A stretch of DNA of 64,000 bases from a virus: the IMG/VR virus record IMGVR_UViG_3300045988_135886; one strand, written 5' to 3'. Both the position numbers and the translations under genes were made by a program. Shown piece by piece: positions 30,201 through 40,288 of this stretch (the stretch's first letter is position 1; every line of letters begins with the position of its first letter). The notes below the pieces were generated by a model, which searched no databases, was not told the DNA's origin, and worked only from the letters and a program-made list of their open reading frames with translations.

Positions 30201-33200
30201 CAGATGAAATGATTGCAAGATATAATAGAAACCAGATCTACAATGACAATAATGCTCTTACTCCAGATTCTGTAGCTAATGCTTGCCCGAATTTAAGAAT
30301 TATAAAAATTGAAGCCCCTCACTTTACAAATGATAAGAAGGATTTTGTTAAAAATACTTCTATGGAATGTATTTATAAGAATGGGGATCCTAAATTAGAT
30401 AACTGGAAATTTATTAACTGTTTCCACGCCGGACAGGGAACTACAAGTAATGAATATGGTTTTGCTGCCAGAAATATTGATGTTATTTGTTGTGCGGATG
30501 GTGTACATCAGATCAATAGTAAGATTCCTCTTGATCCTAACTATAAGACAGAGTTAGTTCTTGGTGATGGCACAAAATATGAGGACGGAACTGGTAAGAT
30601 TAGTCTTACAAGAAACTCTGTTCCAAATAATTGGTGGAATTTTAAAGTAAATGTAGCATCTTCAAATATGGCAACTAATGCATTAGGACAGAAGAGATTC
30701 AACGACTTTTTACCATATGAAAGTCCTGCGGTACGTAGAGATCCTAAAGTTAAAAACTCTATGGAATTTGTCAACTGTGTAATCTTTATTAAAGAATCTG
30801 ATCCTGATATTACTACTCATAGAGAATTTCAGGATACAGACTGGCACTTCTACTCTCTCGGTAATATGGGAGATTCAAAGAAGACTGATATTACAAGAGC
30901 TTATGATCCAGAGGATATGAAAGAATTCTGTATTGAAATCAGTGACAATACTCTTCCAAACTCTGCATTCCAGACCGGTATAACAAACCAAGATGGAACT
31001 ATGAAATATCCTATCAGTAAAGCTGAATGGAAAACTGGTAATACAGCATATGATGCTCTGTATAATAACTGGGATGGATCATTTGAATTCAGATATGATT
31101 GTTGCGGCGATTCTAAGGATGGTTCTGCTCTTACTTCTGATGAAGCAAAAAAGAAAATACGTACAGATAATAAACAGATTTGGAGAGACTTCTATGAGTT
31201 TGTAATTACGTCTAGTGATAAAGAATTTAAAGATGGCTTGAAAGATTGGTGTATTCAGGATGCAATGCTCTATTTCTATTTAGTTACACTCAGATATAGT
31301 ATGATTGATAATAGAGCCAAGAATGTTTTCCCGCATTGGGCAAAACATTATATCACTCAGGAAGAAGCTACAACTATGGGTGATAAAGCTAAATATTATA
31401 CTATAGATGATGATGCGGCTGCTCTGCATAATGGTTATAGATTTGATCTATGGGCATATGATATGGACACTCAGCTTGGTATTAATAATTCAGGTGAGCT
31501 GTCATTCCCATATGGTAAGGAAGATACTGACTATAAAGAAGAAGGAAATCCTTCATCTGGTTATGTTTTCAATGCTGCTGAATCTGTATTGTGGTGCAGA
31601 ATACGTGATGTATTTACACAAGAATTAAGAAACATGTATCAGTCTGTAGACTCTAACTGTTGGTCAGACTCCCACTTAATCAATGAGTATGAAGCATGGC
31701 AGAATCAGTTCCCAGAAGAACTGTGGAGAATCCACTATGAAAGATTGTATATAAGAACATATCGTGCTGGAACAGTAAGATTCCTTAATGAGATGATGAA
31801 TGGACGTGGAAAATATCATCTCAGACAATGGGAACGTGACCAGCATATTTATATGGGAACGAAATTCTTACATACAGATGTAAAGTCTGATCAGATTATG
31901 TTCAGATGTAATACACCTAAGAAAGTTGTAGTTAAACCAGATTATACTCTGAAAATCATTCCTTATTCTGATATGTATATTTCTGTACTTTATGGTAATT
32001 CACCAGAAACTACTCAGGTACGTGCAAAAGCCGGACAAGAATATCAGATTACTACGGACTTAACAAATATGGATGATACAGCTATTCTTATCTATGCTGC
32101 ATCAAGAATTGAGGCACTAAATGACCTCTCTGCTTGTTATATTCATGATAATGATTTCTCAAAGGCTTCTAAGCTGAAAACTCTTATCATTGGTAATAAT
32201 ACAGCTGGATATCAGAATACTTTTATGACATCTCTTAATATGGGTAATAATACTCTTCTTGAGACTTTGGATATTCGTAATTGTCCAAATCTTACAGGAT
32301 CTGTTAACCTGTCTGCATGTGAAAATCTTATTAATCTTTATGCTGATGGAACTATTGTAACATCTGTATTATTTGCTAATCATGGTAAGATTGCTCATGC
32401 TTCTCTCCCATCTTCTATCAACACTCTTACACTCAAGAACCTCAAAGACTTAACTGATCTTAAGGTTGCAGGATACGATAATTTACAGACATTTGTATGT
32501 CAGAATTCTATCGTAGATGCTCTTGCTATCTTAAATGCTGCTATTAATACTCTTCGTACCGTAACAATTACTGGTATCTCATGGAATCTTGATGATACTA
32601 CGCTTCTTCTGAAATTATCAAAACTTGCCGGTATTGATGATAATGGCGCTACTACTGAGCAGTCAATTCTTACTGGATCTGTTCATGTTCCTGTAGTCAG
32701 ACAGCAGGAATATAAAGAATTTGTTGGTTCTGAAGATGAACCTGGAATCTGGACAGACCTTGTTCTTACTTACGATTCAATCATTACTCAGTTTAAAATT
32801 ACATTTATAAATGATGATGAAAGTAATACTATCCTTGATATCCAGTACGTAGATAAAGGTGGAAACGCTGTTGATCCTACTACAAGAGAAGTTAATCCGA
32901 TTCCTATTCCTACAAAGAAAAGCACAATTAAGCTTGATTATACCTTCAAAGGATGGGAAGGTTCAATGACAGGAATCTTTGCTGACAGAACTATTACTGC
33001 TGTATATGACAGTAAAATTCGTGAATATACTGTAAAATATGTTTCTAAAGGATTATCTCTTCAAGAATCTACTGCCCAGTATGGTTCTTATGTAAAATAT
33101 ACAGGTGATACTCCTGTATATACTGCTGAGGAATCTGCTTATAAGTACAATCTGTTTAAAGGATGGGATAAGTCAGGATTTGTCGATGGAAATAAAACGA

Positions 33201-34465
33201 TCAATGCAGTATATGAAACCTGCGAATATGTAGATGGATATTTTGATGGTAAGGATCTGGCCAATATGACACAGGTTGAGCTTTATACTCTTATGAAAAT
33301 GGGACTTGAAGCAAAATTATTATCATTAAAAGATACATTAGATTTCAAACTTGGTGTTGATTATAGCTATGGCGACATTGAAGAGCATGAAGTTATTTCA
33401 ACTGCGACTAAATTTGATGGAACAAACTATATTGACACCGGATTAAAGATCATGGAAAAAGACAGAGACTTTACGATTGCTATTGACTTTGAATTTGATT
33501 CAGGAAATAGTGTAAACTCCACTCTTGCTCAGTGTTTTCAGGGTGATGGTTCAAATGGATTCAGACTTTGGTATTCTCAGGAACCTCGTTTCTCATGGAA
33601 TACTGATAGTATAACTCCATCTGCTGGAACAAATCGAGAGATTATTGTATTCCGTCATGAAGCTGGAAGTCAGAAGCTTTATGTATACAATTCAAACATG
33701 ACTGGGAAAGAAGTGTCTTCTACTACTCTGAATGCGATTAGGATTCCAGAGCATAGTTCCACTCTCGTATTTGGATGTTCTAAAGCTGACGACGGAGCAT
33801 ATGAAAACTTTGCAAAAGGCACTATACATTGGGCTAAAGTATGGTACGCAGATCTTGGTGAAGAACAATGTATGGATATTGCTGCATGGATCCACGAAAT
33901 AATCCCTATGGAAGTGGCTAAGTTTAAAGGATATTATCTGTCTGACGTTGCTTCAAAGAGAGCTAACATTACATTTGTTGCTTCAAACCTGTTAGGTACT
34001 GAAAAGCCTTATAATAATAAGAGCACAAATGCAGGTGGATGGGCTGATTCTACATTAAATACATGGTTGAATACTCGTATGGTTAAGGCAATCTCTCCTT
34101 TATGGAAAGCTCTGATCAAACCTGTAAAAGTATACTCTTCTATTGGTAATAAATCAAATGATACATCCGTATCTAATTGCAGATTCTATGTTCCATCTCT
34201 GTACGAAATTGATCCTACTGCTACTTCTGAACCATATATTTCTGAAACAAATGCTCCTATTGCTTATTTCACAGATGATGATACCAGAAAGAAAGCAAAT
34301 TCTTCTACTCCTACGGAGTATAAATCTTACTGGACCAGATCTCCAAATGCTACAGTTGCAAACTGGCTGTATACAGTCAATGAAGCCGGTGGAACATATG
34401 GGTTCTCTTATCCAGGACAGAATTCTGGAATCTTACTTATGTTCTCAATTTCAAGTGAGGGGTAA
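27242..34465 (+). CDS. giant multidomain receptor-binding/adhesin protein (2407 aa)
   Basis: AAGGAG RBS. Contains an anchor-like N-terminus, a coiled coil, Ig-like repeats, a CotH-like segment (NRAKNVFPHW...YRFDLWAYDMDTQLG), an LRR block, two Listeria-Bacteroides-type repeats (YTFKGW, NLFKGW), a LamG-like segment, and a C-terminal domain ending YWTRSP. Confidence 0.6.
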   Translation: MSFKDSKIAAAANSAMTLSAELAVDTEEYTLCTDGRYEVYTKYQDNAYSTVDNLKNIAVDATQINIMQEENSQYMPFRIPRYWDGMDLMDMLIQIRYESVAEKKGKVATVINVASNNTYIRFGWLIDAAVTANAGDIIFEIMATGVNEKGNNYIWRTRPNGKFTVLQGLNYDGIIEPSEDWYTSFVNMILGHVAEAKQYADEAKASAASINVDDIKADVKTSVMNDLNGTVTESLKAYYTKTEVDTKVKELNTAISGIDSLKNLKVEYDNTTGNLVFKDGTEPIGEPITINSLANLIVEYSVVNGKGSLVFKDGETIIQTVELSSIEPSAEWRAALKQELEAEMDEKDTVISNRIGPLETAKTEIEKNVNANTAAVSEIKTTISNIEKKVESATTKSDEAKNAVDILKQNMTSYDTQFEGINTDITDVKAAIEEIKKNPAAAEYDVTYENSIFTFLKDGEIQKSFKIEGGGGSSSDTTTITIKRITNADAIFLLGSKAIIEYSFSSVDNTGDTTGAGTAVWKVGNTIVATNTAAQGNNSFDITEYLNVGANTIRLTITDSFGTLATKTWTVTIVEFKLESTFDDTLLYTNTDVVFRYTPYGNVNKTLHFILDGKDLGTVETQSSGRIMSYNIPKQEHGSHLLKVYMTATINNKEITSNTICKDIICVDPTNRTPIIGCAQQEFTAQQYQATSIKYVVYDPDHNPASVKLSIDGKVQSTLSVNRSAQIWSYKSSTEGKHNLTISCRKVTKILSVNITKLDIDVEPITANLAFDFNPVGKSNGDTDRLWTDKNNSAITLSVSDNFDWDNGGYQIDASGNQYFCVKAGTTAQINYNLFGKDPKQTGSEFKFVFKTQNVRNASATFLSCIDGTEGSDVGIKMDVHEAYVNTSTDSLYFPYSEEDIIEFEYNINTIDTKDTSATSIIMTYEDGVGGRPLIYDNSHRLHQYSPVPITIGSPDCDVLIYRMKAYSASLTDSDILANFIADARDSDEMIARYNRNQIYNDNNALTPDSVANACPNLRIIKIEAPHFTNDKKDFVKNTSMECIYKNGDPKLDNWKFINCFHAGQGTTSNEYGFAARNIDVICCADGVHQINSKIPLDPNYKTELVLGDGTKYEDGTGKISLTRNSVPNNWWNFKVNVASSNMATNALGQKRFNDFLPYESPAVRRDPKVKNSMEFVNCVIFIKESDPDITTHREFQDTDWHFYSLGNMGDSKKTDITRAYDPEDMKEFCIEISDNTLPNSAFQTGITNQDGTMKYPISKAEWKTGNTAYDALYNNWDGSFEFRYDCCGDSKDGSALTSDEAKKKIRTDNKQIWRDFYEFVITSSDKEFKDGLKDWCIQDAMLYFYLVTLRYSMIDNRAKNVFPHWAKHYITQEEATTMGDKAKYYTIDDDAAALHNGYRFDLWAYDMDTQLGINNSGELSFPYGKEDTDYKEEGNPSSGYVFNAAESVLWCRIRDVFTQELRNMYQSVDSNCWSDSHLINEYEAWQNQFPEELWRIHYERLYIRTYRAGTVRFLNEMMNGRGKYHLRQWERDQHIYMGTKFLHTDVKSDQIMFRCNTPKKVVVKPDYTLKIIPYSDMYISVLYGNSPETTQVRAKAGQEYQITTDLTNMDDTAILIYAASRIEALNDLSACYIHDNDFSKASKLKTLIIGNNTAGYQNTFMTSLNMGNNTLLETLDIRNCPNLTGSVNLSACENLINLYADGTIVTSVLFANHGKIAHASLPSSINTLTLKNLKDLTDLKVAGYDNLQTFVCQNSIVDALAILNAAINTLRTVTITGISWNLDDTTLLLKLSKLAGIDDNGATTEQSILTGSVHVPVVRQQEYKEFVGSEDEPGIWTDLVLTYDSIITQFKITFINDDESNTILDIQYVDKGGNAVDPTTREVNPIPIPTKKSTIKLDYTFKGWEGSMTGIFADRTITAVYDSKIREYTVKYVSKGLSLQESTAQYGSYVKYTGDTPVYTAEESAYKYNLFKGWDKSGFVDGNKTINAVYETCEYVDGYFDGKDLANMTQVELYTLMKMGLEAKLLSLKDTLDFKLGVDYSYGDIEEHEVISTATKFDGTNYIDTGLKIMEKDRDFTIAIDFEFDSGNSVNSTLAQCFQGDGSNGFRLWYSQEPRFSWNTDSITPSAGTNREIIVFRHEAGSQKLYVYNSNMTGKEVSSTTLNAIRIPEHSSTLVFGCSKADDGAYENFAKGTIHWAKVWYADLGEEQCMDIAAWIHEIIPMEVAKFKGYYLSDVASKRANITFVASNLLGTEKPYNNKSTNAGGWADSTLNTWLNTRMVKAISPLWKALIKPVKVYSSIGNKSNDTSVSNCRFYVPSLYEIDPTATSEPYISETNAPIAYFTDDDTRKKANSSTPTEYKSYWTRSPNATVANWLYTVNEAGGTYGFSYPGQNSGILLMFSISSEG

Positions 34466-34494
34466 CCATTCCCATCTTATAAGGAGGATATCAC

Positions 34495-34737
34495 ATGTAT
34501 TATAAAGTAATCAAAAATGATGAAGTCGTAGATGTCCTTAATCATATCCTGTATATCAAATATCAGGAGAAACATAGTCTGTTGCTTCTATGTGATATCA
34601 CAGAAGCACAGGCTATTTTAAGTTCAGACGGAAAATATGGATGGCACATTGAAGGTCTCTATAATTTTCCGCCTGATAATGACATCTATGCAATAAAAGA
34701 AATTTCAAAATATGAATATGACAAATTGAAGAGGTGA
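34495..34737 (+). CDS. hypothetical protein
   Basis: AAGGAGG RBS. Confidence 0.7.
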   Translation: MYYKVIKNDEVVDVLNHILYIKYQEKHSLLLLCDITEAQAILSSDGKYGWHIEGLYNFPPDNDIYAIKEISKYEYDKLKR

Positions 34738-34744
34738 TCACAGC

Positions 34745-35608
34745 ATGGCGTTAATTCCAACCTGGTATTCTGCATCAACTAAGCAAATTGCAGAAAAGGC
34801 TTTACAAAGAGGGGTGCTAAAATACCCAGGACTTTGTTACATCCAAGACAGTAAGAGTATAGCGTGGGTGACCATCGACAACACATTAGAATATGTCAAA
34901 GGAGATAAACAGATTACAGATGTAAAATGCATCGGATCAAATCTTATGTTTTTCTCTGGAGATAAACTGCTTTTCTCTTATGACATATCTATGACTGACG
35001 AAGATAAAGGTCATATTATTGAAGAGGTCAAGAAAACAATCGGATTGGATAATTATGTCAAGTCTTCTGAGCTTTCTACTCTTTTAGATAATATAATCGG
35101 TAATCTTGAAGATAAGTCCACTGTTGTAGACTATATCAACAGCTTATCTTATAACAAATTATTTGACGTACCTATTGTAAATCTTATAGGTACACTTACT
35201 GTTCCTGTGAAGATATCATCACTCGATGATGGTATTTATAAAGTAAAAGGCCAATGTATCATTGGCGGAAACAATACTACTGTTCAATCTTCTGCAGACG
35301 ATGTTCTGTATCTTGTATCTCATGATGCTGATACTTCCAGCACAACAATCACAAAAATGCAAGGAAAATCTATTACATTGTATTTCATTCAGCAAGATGG
35401 TGAATATACGACTGATCGTTATGTCACTGAAAGCTGGATTAATGAACAGAATTTTGCAAGTGCTGATTCTGTAAAAGAATATGTTTCAAATATCATTGAA
35501 GAAACTGTTCTGGATGTTTTAGATGAACATATTGACTCTGCTTTAGACCGAAAACTCGGAGGTATTGATTCCGAAGATTTAACAAATATATTTCAAGGAG
35601 GAAACTAA
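34745..35608 (+). CDS. hypothetical structural protein
   Basis: AGAGGTGA RBS. Lies within the fibre cluster. Confidence 0.65.
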   Translation: MALIPTWYSASTKQIAEKALQRGVLKYPGLCYIQDSKSIAWVTIDNTLEYVKGDKQITDVKCIGSNLMFFSGDKLLFSYDISMTDEDKGHIIEEVKKTIGLDNYVKSSELSTLLDNIIGNLEDKSTVVDYINSLSYNKLFDVPIVNLIGTLTVPVKISSLDDGIYKVKGQCIIGGNNTTVQSSADDVLYLVSHDADTSSTTITKMQGKSITLYFIQQDGEYTTDRYVTESWINEQNFASADSVKEYVSNIIEETVLDVLDEHIDSALDRKLGGIDSEDLTNIFQGGN

Positions 35609-35610
35609 TT

Positions 35611-36681
35611 ATGGCAAAATTACAGTTCGCTACACTTTCTAATCTTCAGGAGTTTTTAAATCTGCATAACGTACAGATCGACTCTAAAATCAGTGAGGCT
35701 GTCAAAAACTCAATTAAAACAGTATCTCAGTCAGAAGACGGATACACACTTTATTTCTACACAAAAACTGCTCCAGTAACTATTGATGAAGCAGCATTTA
35801 CTATTACTATTCCTCAGCCAACAGGAAAAGCTGACAAAGTAAAAGGTGCAGTAAAAGGTCATCTTGCAGGATTAGATGAAAATGGTAATCTGGTAGATTC
35901 TGGAAAGACTGTTGCAGATTTCGATGCTGCTGGCGCTGCTAACACAGCAAAAACAGAAGTAATGTCTTATGTTGGTACCATTCCTGCTGATGCAAAAGCT
36001 AAAAATGTAGTTGCTTATATCAAAGAAGCTGTTACTACTGGTCAGTATGATGATTCTGCATTAAAAGCAAGCGTTGCAGCTAATACAGCAGCTATTGGAA
36101 CACTGAATGGCACTGGTGACGGATCAGTAAAGAAAGCTGTTGCAGATGCAGTCGCTAAAATCGTCGCAGATGCTCCAGAAGCATATGATACACTGAAAGA
36201 GATTTCTGATTGGATTTCTACACATACATCTGATGCTGCTACAATGAATTCTCAGATCAAAACAAATAAAGAGGATATCACAAAGCTGAAGACTCTTATC
36301 GGTACTCTTCCAGAATCTGCTACATCTAAAGATATCGTAGGTTATATTGCAGAATACGTATCTAAAGCTCTTGCTGATTCTGATCTTTCTAAGTATGCAA
36401 AAGCTGCTGATCTTGAAGCTGCTGTAGGCAGAATTGATGCTATCGAAAAGAAATTACCTACATTAGAGGCTGCTGATAAAAAGAATGCCGAAGATATTAC
36501 TGCTGTTAAAGGTAGAATGGATACAGCGGAAGGCAAAATTACTGCTGTAGAAAAAGATCTTGCTACTGAAAAACCGAAGATTGCTAAAAACACATCTGAT
36601 ATTGCCGCTCTTAAGGGACTTGTTGGAGATGGATATGAAGCAATTCCAAGTGCGTCTATCAAAGGTTTATTTAGTGCGTAA
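35611..36681 (+). CDS. Ala-rich coiled-coil fibre-like protein
   Basis: AAGGAGG RBS. N-terminal motif FATLSNLQEFLN. A/K/D/T-rich helical repeats. Confidence 0.6.
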   Translation: MAKLQFATLSNLQEFLNLHNVQIDSKISEAVKNSIKTVSQSEDGYTLYFYTKTAPVTIDEAAFTITIPQPTGKADKVKGAVKGHLAGLDENGNLVDSGKTVADFDAAGAANTAKTEVMSYVGTIPADAKAKNVVAYIKEAVTTGQYDDSALKASVAANTAAIGTLNGTGDGSVKKAVADAVAKIVADAPEAYDTLKEISDWISTHTSDAATMNSQIKTNKEDITKLKTLIGTLPESATSKDIVGYIAEYVSKALADSDLSKYAKAADLEAAVGRIDAIEKKLPTLEAADKKNAEDITAVKGRMDTAEGKITAVEKDLATEKPKIAKNTSDIAALKGLVGDGYEAIPSASIKGLFSA

Positions 36682-36732
36682 AGTAAGGGGTTACTCCCCT
36701 TGCTTTAATTAAAGCGAAGGGATGTGCAGATA

Positions 36733-36990
36733 ATGAAAGAACAATTTCTTAATTTACAAGGTCTTACTGAGCTTGTTGATTATATTAAAAAATATATAGC
36801 TGATCAGCAAGAAGTCATCCCTTATGCATCTTATACATTGTTTCCAACAATTGGTAAAACAAACGCAATTTATGTGGACACAACCACAAATGCAATCTAT
36901 AGATGGGATGATAATAATATCAAATATTATGCATTGGCATTTGATCCTGAAAAGGAATTCATCATGCAATGCGGTAGCTCGAAAGGATGA
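36733..36990 (+). CDS. hypothetical protein
   Basis: N-terminal FLNLQGLTELVDYIKKY echoes the N-terminus of the preceding gene. The start (ATG 36733 or GTG 36724) is uncertain. Confidence 0.5.
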   Translation: MKEQFLNLQGLTELVDYIKKYIADQQEVIPYASYTLFPTIGKTNAIYVDTTTNAIYRWDDNNIKYYALAFDPEKEFIMQCGSSKG

Positions 36991-36995
36991 TGTAA

Positions 36996-38765
36996 ATGGC
37001 TACACAGACATTGAATACTCGTATTGCCCTTAAATCGGATACAACCGCTAATTGGGCGAAATCTACGCTTGTTCTTTTAAAGGGTGAACAAGCGATTGAA
37101 ATTACAGAATCTGGTGCTTACAAAATTAAAATTGGTGATGGAGTTAAAACATTTGCTGAATTGCCATATGCAACTATGACACCAGAAGAAATCTCTGCAC
37201 TGATTGGTGATGGTTCAGTACAGAACGTAACTCTTGCTTCCGGTACTAACAACGGTACATTAAAACTGACTGTAGATGGAACAACTACAGATAATATTGC
37301 GGTAAAAGGATTAGGAAGTGCTGCATATACAAATACTTCTGCTTATGCAACTGCCGCACAGGGTGCTCTTGCTACAAACGCAGTCCGTAAAGTAGTTTCT
37401 GGCACTGCGAACGGTACAATCTCTGTAACAACAGGAACTGGAGCAGCAACAGATATAGCAGTAAAAGGATTGGGATCTGCTGCATATAAAGGAGCTGGAG
37501 CTTCACAGGGACAAGTTCCTGTAAATGGAGCCGCTCTTGGAACGACAGCCAATGTTCCTGTAGTAACAAATACTTCCGGACAGTTAGTTCCGCATGCCTC
37601 TGGTGCTCTTGGTTCTGCCGCATTTAAAGGTGCCGAGACATTTGCAACAGCTGCACAAGGTGCTAAAGCAGATAAATCAGTTCAGTCTGTATCTATTACT
37701 TCTGGAACTAATAACGGCACAATTAAATTAACTGTTAACGGCAATGCTACTGACAATATTGCTGTTAAAGGGCTAGGTTCTGCTGCTTACACAGCTTCAG
37801 GTGCCTATGCTACATCCGCTCAGGGTGCAAAAGCAGACGCGGCTATGCCAAAAGCCGGTGGTACATTCACAGGTACAGTAACGCTTGCAGCCGATCCAAC
37901 TGATGCTTTACAGCCAACAACAAAACAGTATGTAGATGCCAAAATTTCAAGTTCTATTGCTGCTTCTGATGCAATGGTGTTTAAAGGAACACTTGGAACT
38001 AATGGTACTGCTACTGCTCTTCCTACATCTTCTGTTGTAATAGGCGATACATATAAAGTAATTACTCAGGTTTCTGTAGTTGCTGATAATTCTTATACAG
38101 GAGCTGCTGTGACAGCTAAGGTCGGTGACTTAGTAGTCGCTATGTCAAAGGATCCAAAATGGATTGTTGTACCATCTGGTGATGAAATCGTTACTACTGT
38201 TAAGTATTCCACTACAACACAGAATCTTACAACAAGTGCTAAATCTGGAGAAATTACAGTAGGTGAAGCTGCTACAAAACAGGTAGATTCTTCTATCGCA
38301 GCCGCTTCTACTTCTACTAAGCTTCCAACTTCAAAAGCTGTTGCCGCTTTTGTTGAAGGAAAAGGTTACAAAACAACTGACCAGAAAGTAAAGAATACTC
38401 TTAATACTACTGCAAAGGCTTATGTAACTGGTACTACAAGTGCAACAACTGGTATTGGAGAACAGGTATTTGATACAGGTGTATATCTTGATACAACTGC
38501 TGGGAAACTTGTTGCTACTACTTTTGCAGGTGCTCTTCAGGGTAACGCAACGACTGCTACTTCTGCGGCTGCTTGTACAGGTAATGCTGCTTCTGCAACA
38601 AAACTTGCAGCATCAAGAAATTTCTCTCTTACTGGAGGTGCCGTTGCTGATGCTGTAGCATTTAACGGTGGAGGAAATGTTGCTCTTAGTGTTAAAAGTT
38701 TAAATACTGATTATTTAACTAATGGAGCCAATACTCTTATTTTAAATTGTGGGACATCTGTTTAA
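36996..38765 (+). CDS. tail fibre protein (paralog A)
   Basis: The N-terminus (TRIALKSDTTANWAKSTLVLLKGEQAIE...KIKIGDGVKTFAELPYA) is the hyaluronidase/fibre-type anchor motif. Internal ~50-aa repeats (SGTNNGT(L/I)KLTV(D/N)G..TDNIAVKGLGSAAYT). Motif KLAASRNFSLTGG. Confidence 0.7.
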   Translation: MATQTLNTRIALKSDTTANWAKSTLVLLKGEQAIEITESGAYKIKIGDGVKTFAELPYATMTPEEISALIGDGSVQNVTLASGTNNGTLKLTVDGTTTDNIAVKGLGSAAYTNTSAYATAAQGALATNAVRKVVSGTANGTISVTTGTGAATDIAVKGLGSAAYKGAGASQGQVPVNGAALGTTANVPVVTNTSGQLVPHASGALGSAAFKGAETFATAAQGAKADKSVQSVSITSGTNNGTIKLTVNGNATDNIAVKGLGSAAYTASGAYATSAQGAKADAAMPKAGGTFTGTVTLAADPTDALQPTTKQYVDAKISSSIAASDAMVFKGTLGTNGTATALPTSSVVIGDTYKVITQVSVVADNSYTGAAVTAKVGDLVVAMSKDPKWIVVPSGDEIVTTVKYSTTTQNLTTSAKSGEITVGEAATKQVDSSIAAASTSTKLPTSKAVAAFVEGKGYKTTDQKVKNTLNTTAKAYVTGTTSATTGIGEQVFDTGVYLDTTAGKLVATTFAGALQGNATTATSAAACTGNAASATKLAASRNFSLTGGAVADAVAFNGGGNVALSVKSLNTDYLTNGANTLILNCGTSV

Positions 38766-38858
38766 ATGAAAGTGGCCTCTTTTATGGGGCTGCTTTACTA
38801 AATATGAAAATTATAGATTATATCTATTTAAATAAAAATTAAAAAAGGGAGGTGCACA

Positions 38859-40274
38859 ATGGGAGAACAAAATCTCAATATACGAATCAAACATAAATAT
38901 GATACGGAAGCTAATTGGAATAAAAATAATCCTGTTCTTTTAAGTGGAGAAATAGCAATTACAAGTGATAAATTCGGTAAACATAAAGTGGGAGATGGAA
39001 CACATAAATGGTCTGAACTATCTTATGCAAAAGCTGAACTTACAAAAGGCGATGTAACAGGCGCTCTTGGCTATACGCCTCCTTCAAGTGACACTTGGCG
39101 AGGTATTCAGGATAATCTAATAAGCAGCTCTACAACTGAGTCTCTATCTGCTGCACAGGGTAAAATATTAAAAGAGTTAGTTGACGGGAAAGCTCCGTCT
39201 TCACATACGCATACTAAAAGCGAAGTCGGATTAGGCAACGTTGACAATACTGCTGATGCCACAAAAAGTGTTAAATATGCTATTTCTGCAGGTAGCGCAT
39301 CATCTGCCGCTGCTCTTACTTCTAATGCTGGATCATCAACTCAGCCAGTATATTTCTCAGGTGGTAAACCAGTAGCTTGTTCATATACACTTGGTAAGTC
39401 AGTGCCTGCAGATGCATTATTTACCGATCATACTTATGGAAACATGAAGGGTGCTACTTCTTCTTCTGCCGGAAGTGCTGGTCTTGTTCCTGCACCTAAT
39501 ATAGGAGAACAATTAAAGTTTCTTCGTGCAGATGGTGCATGGGTAATCCCTACAAATACGACATATTCTGTAGGTACATCAAGTTACTTAGGAATAACTA
39601 AGCTTTATACTGAAACTGGGTCGGCTACAGATGGTACCATGACTCAAAATGCTATTACTTCTGCTCTTAACGGGAAATCTCCTACCTCTCATACGCACAA
39701 TTATGCAGGAAGTTCTTCTGCTGGCGGTGCTGCTACATCAGCAATTAAATTATCCACACCTAGAAAAATTGGTAACGCATCTTTTGATGGTACTGCTGAT
39801 ATTACCTTATCTCAGATGGGACTTAATGTTCCTGTTGAAATTACAAAAGCTAACTATCTTGCAAAAAAGAAAGCTGGAACTTTAAATGCAAATACCTATT
39901 ACAATGTTATTGATGAATATGATTCTGCAAATGTTATTAACGACTCATCTGTAACAGCCAACAGTGCGTTTTCAAGTACTAAATCAGAAAAAACATATGC
40001 GAAGAAAAGTACACTTGTTAATACTACTCTCACAGCAAGTAAATGGACTGGATCTTCTGCTCCATATAGTTATGTATTATCCGTATCTGGAGTAACTTCT
40101 TCAAATATTGTAGAAATAGATTATGCTTCTAATGCTTCATCTGCTGCTATTGAAGCTTATCAAAATGCAATGTTAGCTGACGGAGGACAGACTACAAATC
40201 AAATTACTATAAAAGCAACCGAGAAACCAACTGTAGATATTCCCATTACTATTGTTATAAGAAATGATTTATAA
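38859..40274 (+). CDS. tail fibre protein (paralog B)
   Basis: GGGAGGTG RBS. Same N-terminal motif (IRIKHKYDTEANWNKNNPVLLSGEIAI...HKVGDGTHKWSELSYA). Fibre repeat STPRKIGNASFDGTADITL. Confidence 0.7.
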   Translation: MGEQNLNIRIKHKYDTEANWNKNNPVLLSGEIAITSDKFGKHKVGDGTHKWSELSYAKAELTKGDVTGALGYTPPSSDTWRGIQDNLISSSTTESLSAAQGKILKELVDGKAPSSHTHTKSEVGLGNVDNTADATKSVKYAISAGSASSAAALTSNAGSSTQPVYFSGGKPVACSYTLGKSVPADALFTDHTYGNMKGATSSSAGSAGLVPAPNIGEQLKFLRADGAWVIPTNTTYSVGTSSYLGITKLYTETGSATDGTMTQNAITSALNGKSPTSHTHNYAGSSSAGGAATSAIKLSTPRKIGNASFDGTADITLSQMGLNVPVEITKANYLAKKKAGTLNANTYYNVIDEYDSANVINDSSVTANSAFSSTKSEKTYAKKSTLVNTTLTASKWTGSSAPYSYVLSVSGVTSSNIVEIDYASNASSAAIEAYQNAMLADGGQTTNQITIKATEKPTVDIPITIVIRNDL

Positions 40275-40288
40275 AAGGAGGCGATAAC

